A stretch of DNA of 63,995 nucleotides, the filler included, from Octopus bimaculoides (taxonomy: Eukaryota): assembly GCF_001194135.2 (NCBI RefSeq). It is 5 parts of 4 records of this genome, joined end to end, with 100 filler letters (N's around TTAATTAATTAA, not from the genome) between each part and the next. Parts side by side here need not be neighbours in the genome. Positions count along the whole stretch, not along the records: positions 55,448 to 62,693 come from NC_068987.1; positions 62,794 to 63,995 come from NC_068994.1; 3 more parts are not named here. One strand, given 5' to 3'. The notes below the pieces were generated by a model. The model was not told the DNA's origin and made no database searches. It saw only the letters and a list, made by a program, of their open reading frames with translations. The translations under genes were made by a program, and so were the position numbers. Positions 62,359 to 63,995 of this stretch are shown piece by piece. The stretch's first letter is position 1. The number at the start of each line of letters is the position of its first letter.

Positions 62359-62447
62359 ATTTCCAACATATGTTTCGAAGATTACAAATTACACCTTCCA
62401 TAGAAAAGGTGATGTTGATAAGGATGTAATTTTCTCTTCAGAGAAAT
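62359..62447 (-). ncRNA. Type I hammerhead ribozyme motif with a minimal palindromic stem III (Penelope-type)
   Basis: Minus strand reads auuucu-CUGAAGA-gaaaauuac...guaaucuuc-GAAA-C-auau-G-UU-ggaaau. Stem I is 6 bp (one G-U), stem II is 8/9 bp, stem III is ACAUAUGU, all core positions are present, and the predicted cleavage triplet is GUU. Confidence 0.75.
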
Positions 62448-62693
62448 GCATGGGCACCAGCTTAACCGGAAGACATTTTAACCGAATATGATAACTGTAG
62501 TTAGAGAAGATTGTTACGTAATTTATTTGAAAAAGCCGTTGGAGGTTGGAACGATACTAGACAGTGCGTTGGACAAGAAGGGAAGAACAGAAGGAAGAAA
62601 GGAAATTTAGAGCATAACATTGGGATATAATAAGATAATTTAGATCTGATAAAAATTGGAGAGGAATGTTTTATTTATAATGGAACCGTAAAT

Positions 62694-62793
62694 NNNNNNN
62701 NNNNNNNNNNNNNNNNNNNNNNNNNNNNNNNNNNNNNTTAATTAATTAANNNNNNNNNNNNNNNNNNNNNNNNNNNNNNNNNNNNNNNNNNNN
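62694..62793. other. Artificial scaffold spacer (44 N + TTAATTAATTAA + 44 N)
   Basis: Linker at 62738-62749. Confidence 0.95.
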
Positions 62794-62902
62794 GTGTGTG
62801 TGCGCATATATGTTAGAAGCAGCGCTAGTGTTCTAAACATTATCGACTACAAAGACTCAATGTATGTGACCTGCTTGTTCGCCGGCAGGCTCCAATTTTC
62901 TG

Positions 62903-63107
62903 CTCCAGGTACAAGGCTCGAAATTTTGGGGGAGGTGGCCAGTCGATTAGATTGACCCCATTACGCAACTGCTACTTAATTTATCGACCCCGAAAGGATG
63001 AAAGGCAAAGTCGACCTCGGCGGAATTTGAACTCAGAACGTAACGGCAGACGAAATACCGCTAAGCATTTCGCCCGTCATGCTAACGTTTCTGCCAGCTC
63101 GCCACCT
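62903..63107 (-). mobile_element. Young, near full-length tRNA-derived SINE (gagctggcagaa family)
   Basis: Reverse complement ggtggcgagctggcagaaacgttagc...ctgagttcaaattccgccgaggtcgactttgcctttcatcctttcggggtcgataaattaagtagcag, CpGs intact. Confidence 0.93.
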
Positions 63108-63709
63108 TAATATGATACATAGACTGAAACAAGAATTACGTATACTAAGCCATGAATATGAAAATAAAATATATACGAGCTCATAACATATGAAATTACA
63201 GAAACTGTAAAATTTTGATGCCATAATATTTGATAAACATTTGGCAGTCAGGTGCAAATATATGTAAATGGGATATTTTAAGTGCACAAATATCGAAATT
63301 ATAAAAGTTAATGCAGGTGAAACATTAATGCAGGTATATGTATGCATCTATAAAAAATTTGAATGAATTAGTTTTTCCAAAAGTTGAATCCAAAGGAGAT
63401 AATTATCCAAGGGTTGTGTCCCCTTGATGTCTTGCATATTTTTCTTTCCTTAACGAAATACTCGCGTGTTTTTATTGTGGCTTTTCATGTTTGAATCCAA
63501 AATGGAGACGGACATCGATGTTCCGTGCACTAAGCTTGATCATTGTTGAAGTATGGTATTCCTTAACATGAAACCAATGGTAGCTTTAATACACAAATAA
63601 GGAATTTTTATCCACCAATGCGGTGTTGAGCACTCATTCTCATTGTCCAATATTTATGCACATATAAATGTGTGTATGTGCGTCTGTCTGTCTGTCTGTG
63701 TTTGTCCCT

Positions 63710-63994
63710 TGCACTGGTTAATATTTTTTTCAATGATTTAGGTTGCATTTTGCTTTTGATAATTTTGTGTGAGCCTAAAATTTTCTTCATTGTTTTATCT
63801 CTTGTGGGGATGGGTAGATTTTGGATGATAATGTTGAAGGCTTCGTTGTTTCTAGGGTTATGTGTGGAGATGTATGGGAGTATTTTTAAGTCTGGTTTAG
63901 TATTTCGGTTGACTTCTCTTAATGTTCGTATATCTATTTCCTTAGCTCGTTTAATTCCATCATTTATTAATGATATTGGGTAATGTCTTTTGAT
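63710..63994 (-). mobile_element. Penelope-like element ORF fragment (RT thumb/linker region), continuing beyond the window
   Basis: 95 open codons: IKRHYPISLINDGIKRAKEIDIRTLR...LPYISTHNPRN...KSKMQPKSLKKILTSA. This fits the PLE pattern RxYP..I...A / PxVxTYNP / RQPKNLKxILT. Confidence 0.85.
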
Positions 63995-63995
63995 T

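Overview
This is repeat-dominated, AT-rich eukaryotic DNA from a short-read scaffold with many N gaps. The SINE families and microsatellite load resemble those I associate with octopus (coleoid cephalopod) genomes, but the taxon is an inference. I found no host protein-coding gene I can support. Nearly all long ORFs in the supplied track are microsatellite, satellite or N-gap artefacts. Supportable content: (1) several tRNA-derived SINE families and RTE-type tails, some in head-to-tail arrays; (2) decayed DNA transposons (two mariner DD34D fragments, a maT/DD37D-like fragment, a rearranged Tc1 element, a mariner-TIR MITE, TTAA/piggyBac-type MITEs); (3) a Penelope-like retroelement ORF fragment, a near-complete type I hammerhead ribozyme motif (62359-62447, minus) and several fold-back elements with hammerhead-like remnants; (4) a ~10 kb CpG-rich satellite (44632-54723) built from TTCG/TACG tetramers around a conserved ~30-nt motif, with ~1.4-1.6 kb higher-order structure; (5) a 30-bp tandem repeat whose substitution pattern looks codon-constrained. 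Four 100-bp spacers containing TTAATTAATTAA are artificial joins, so adjacency across them is unproven.
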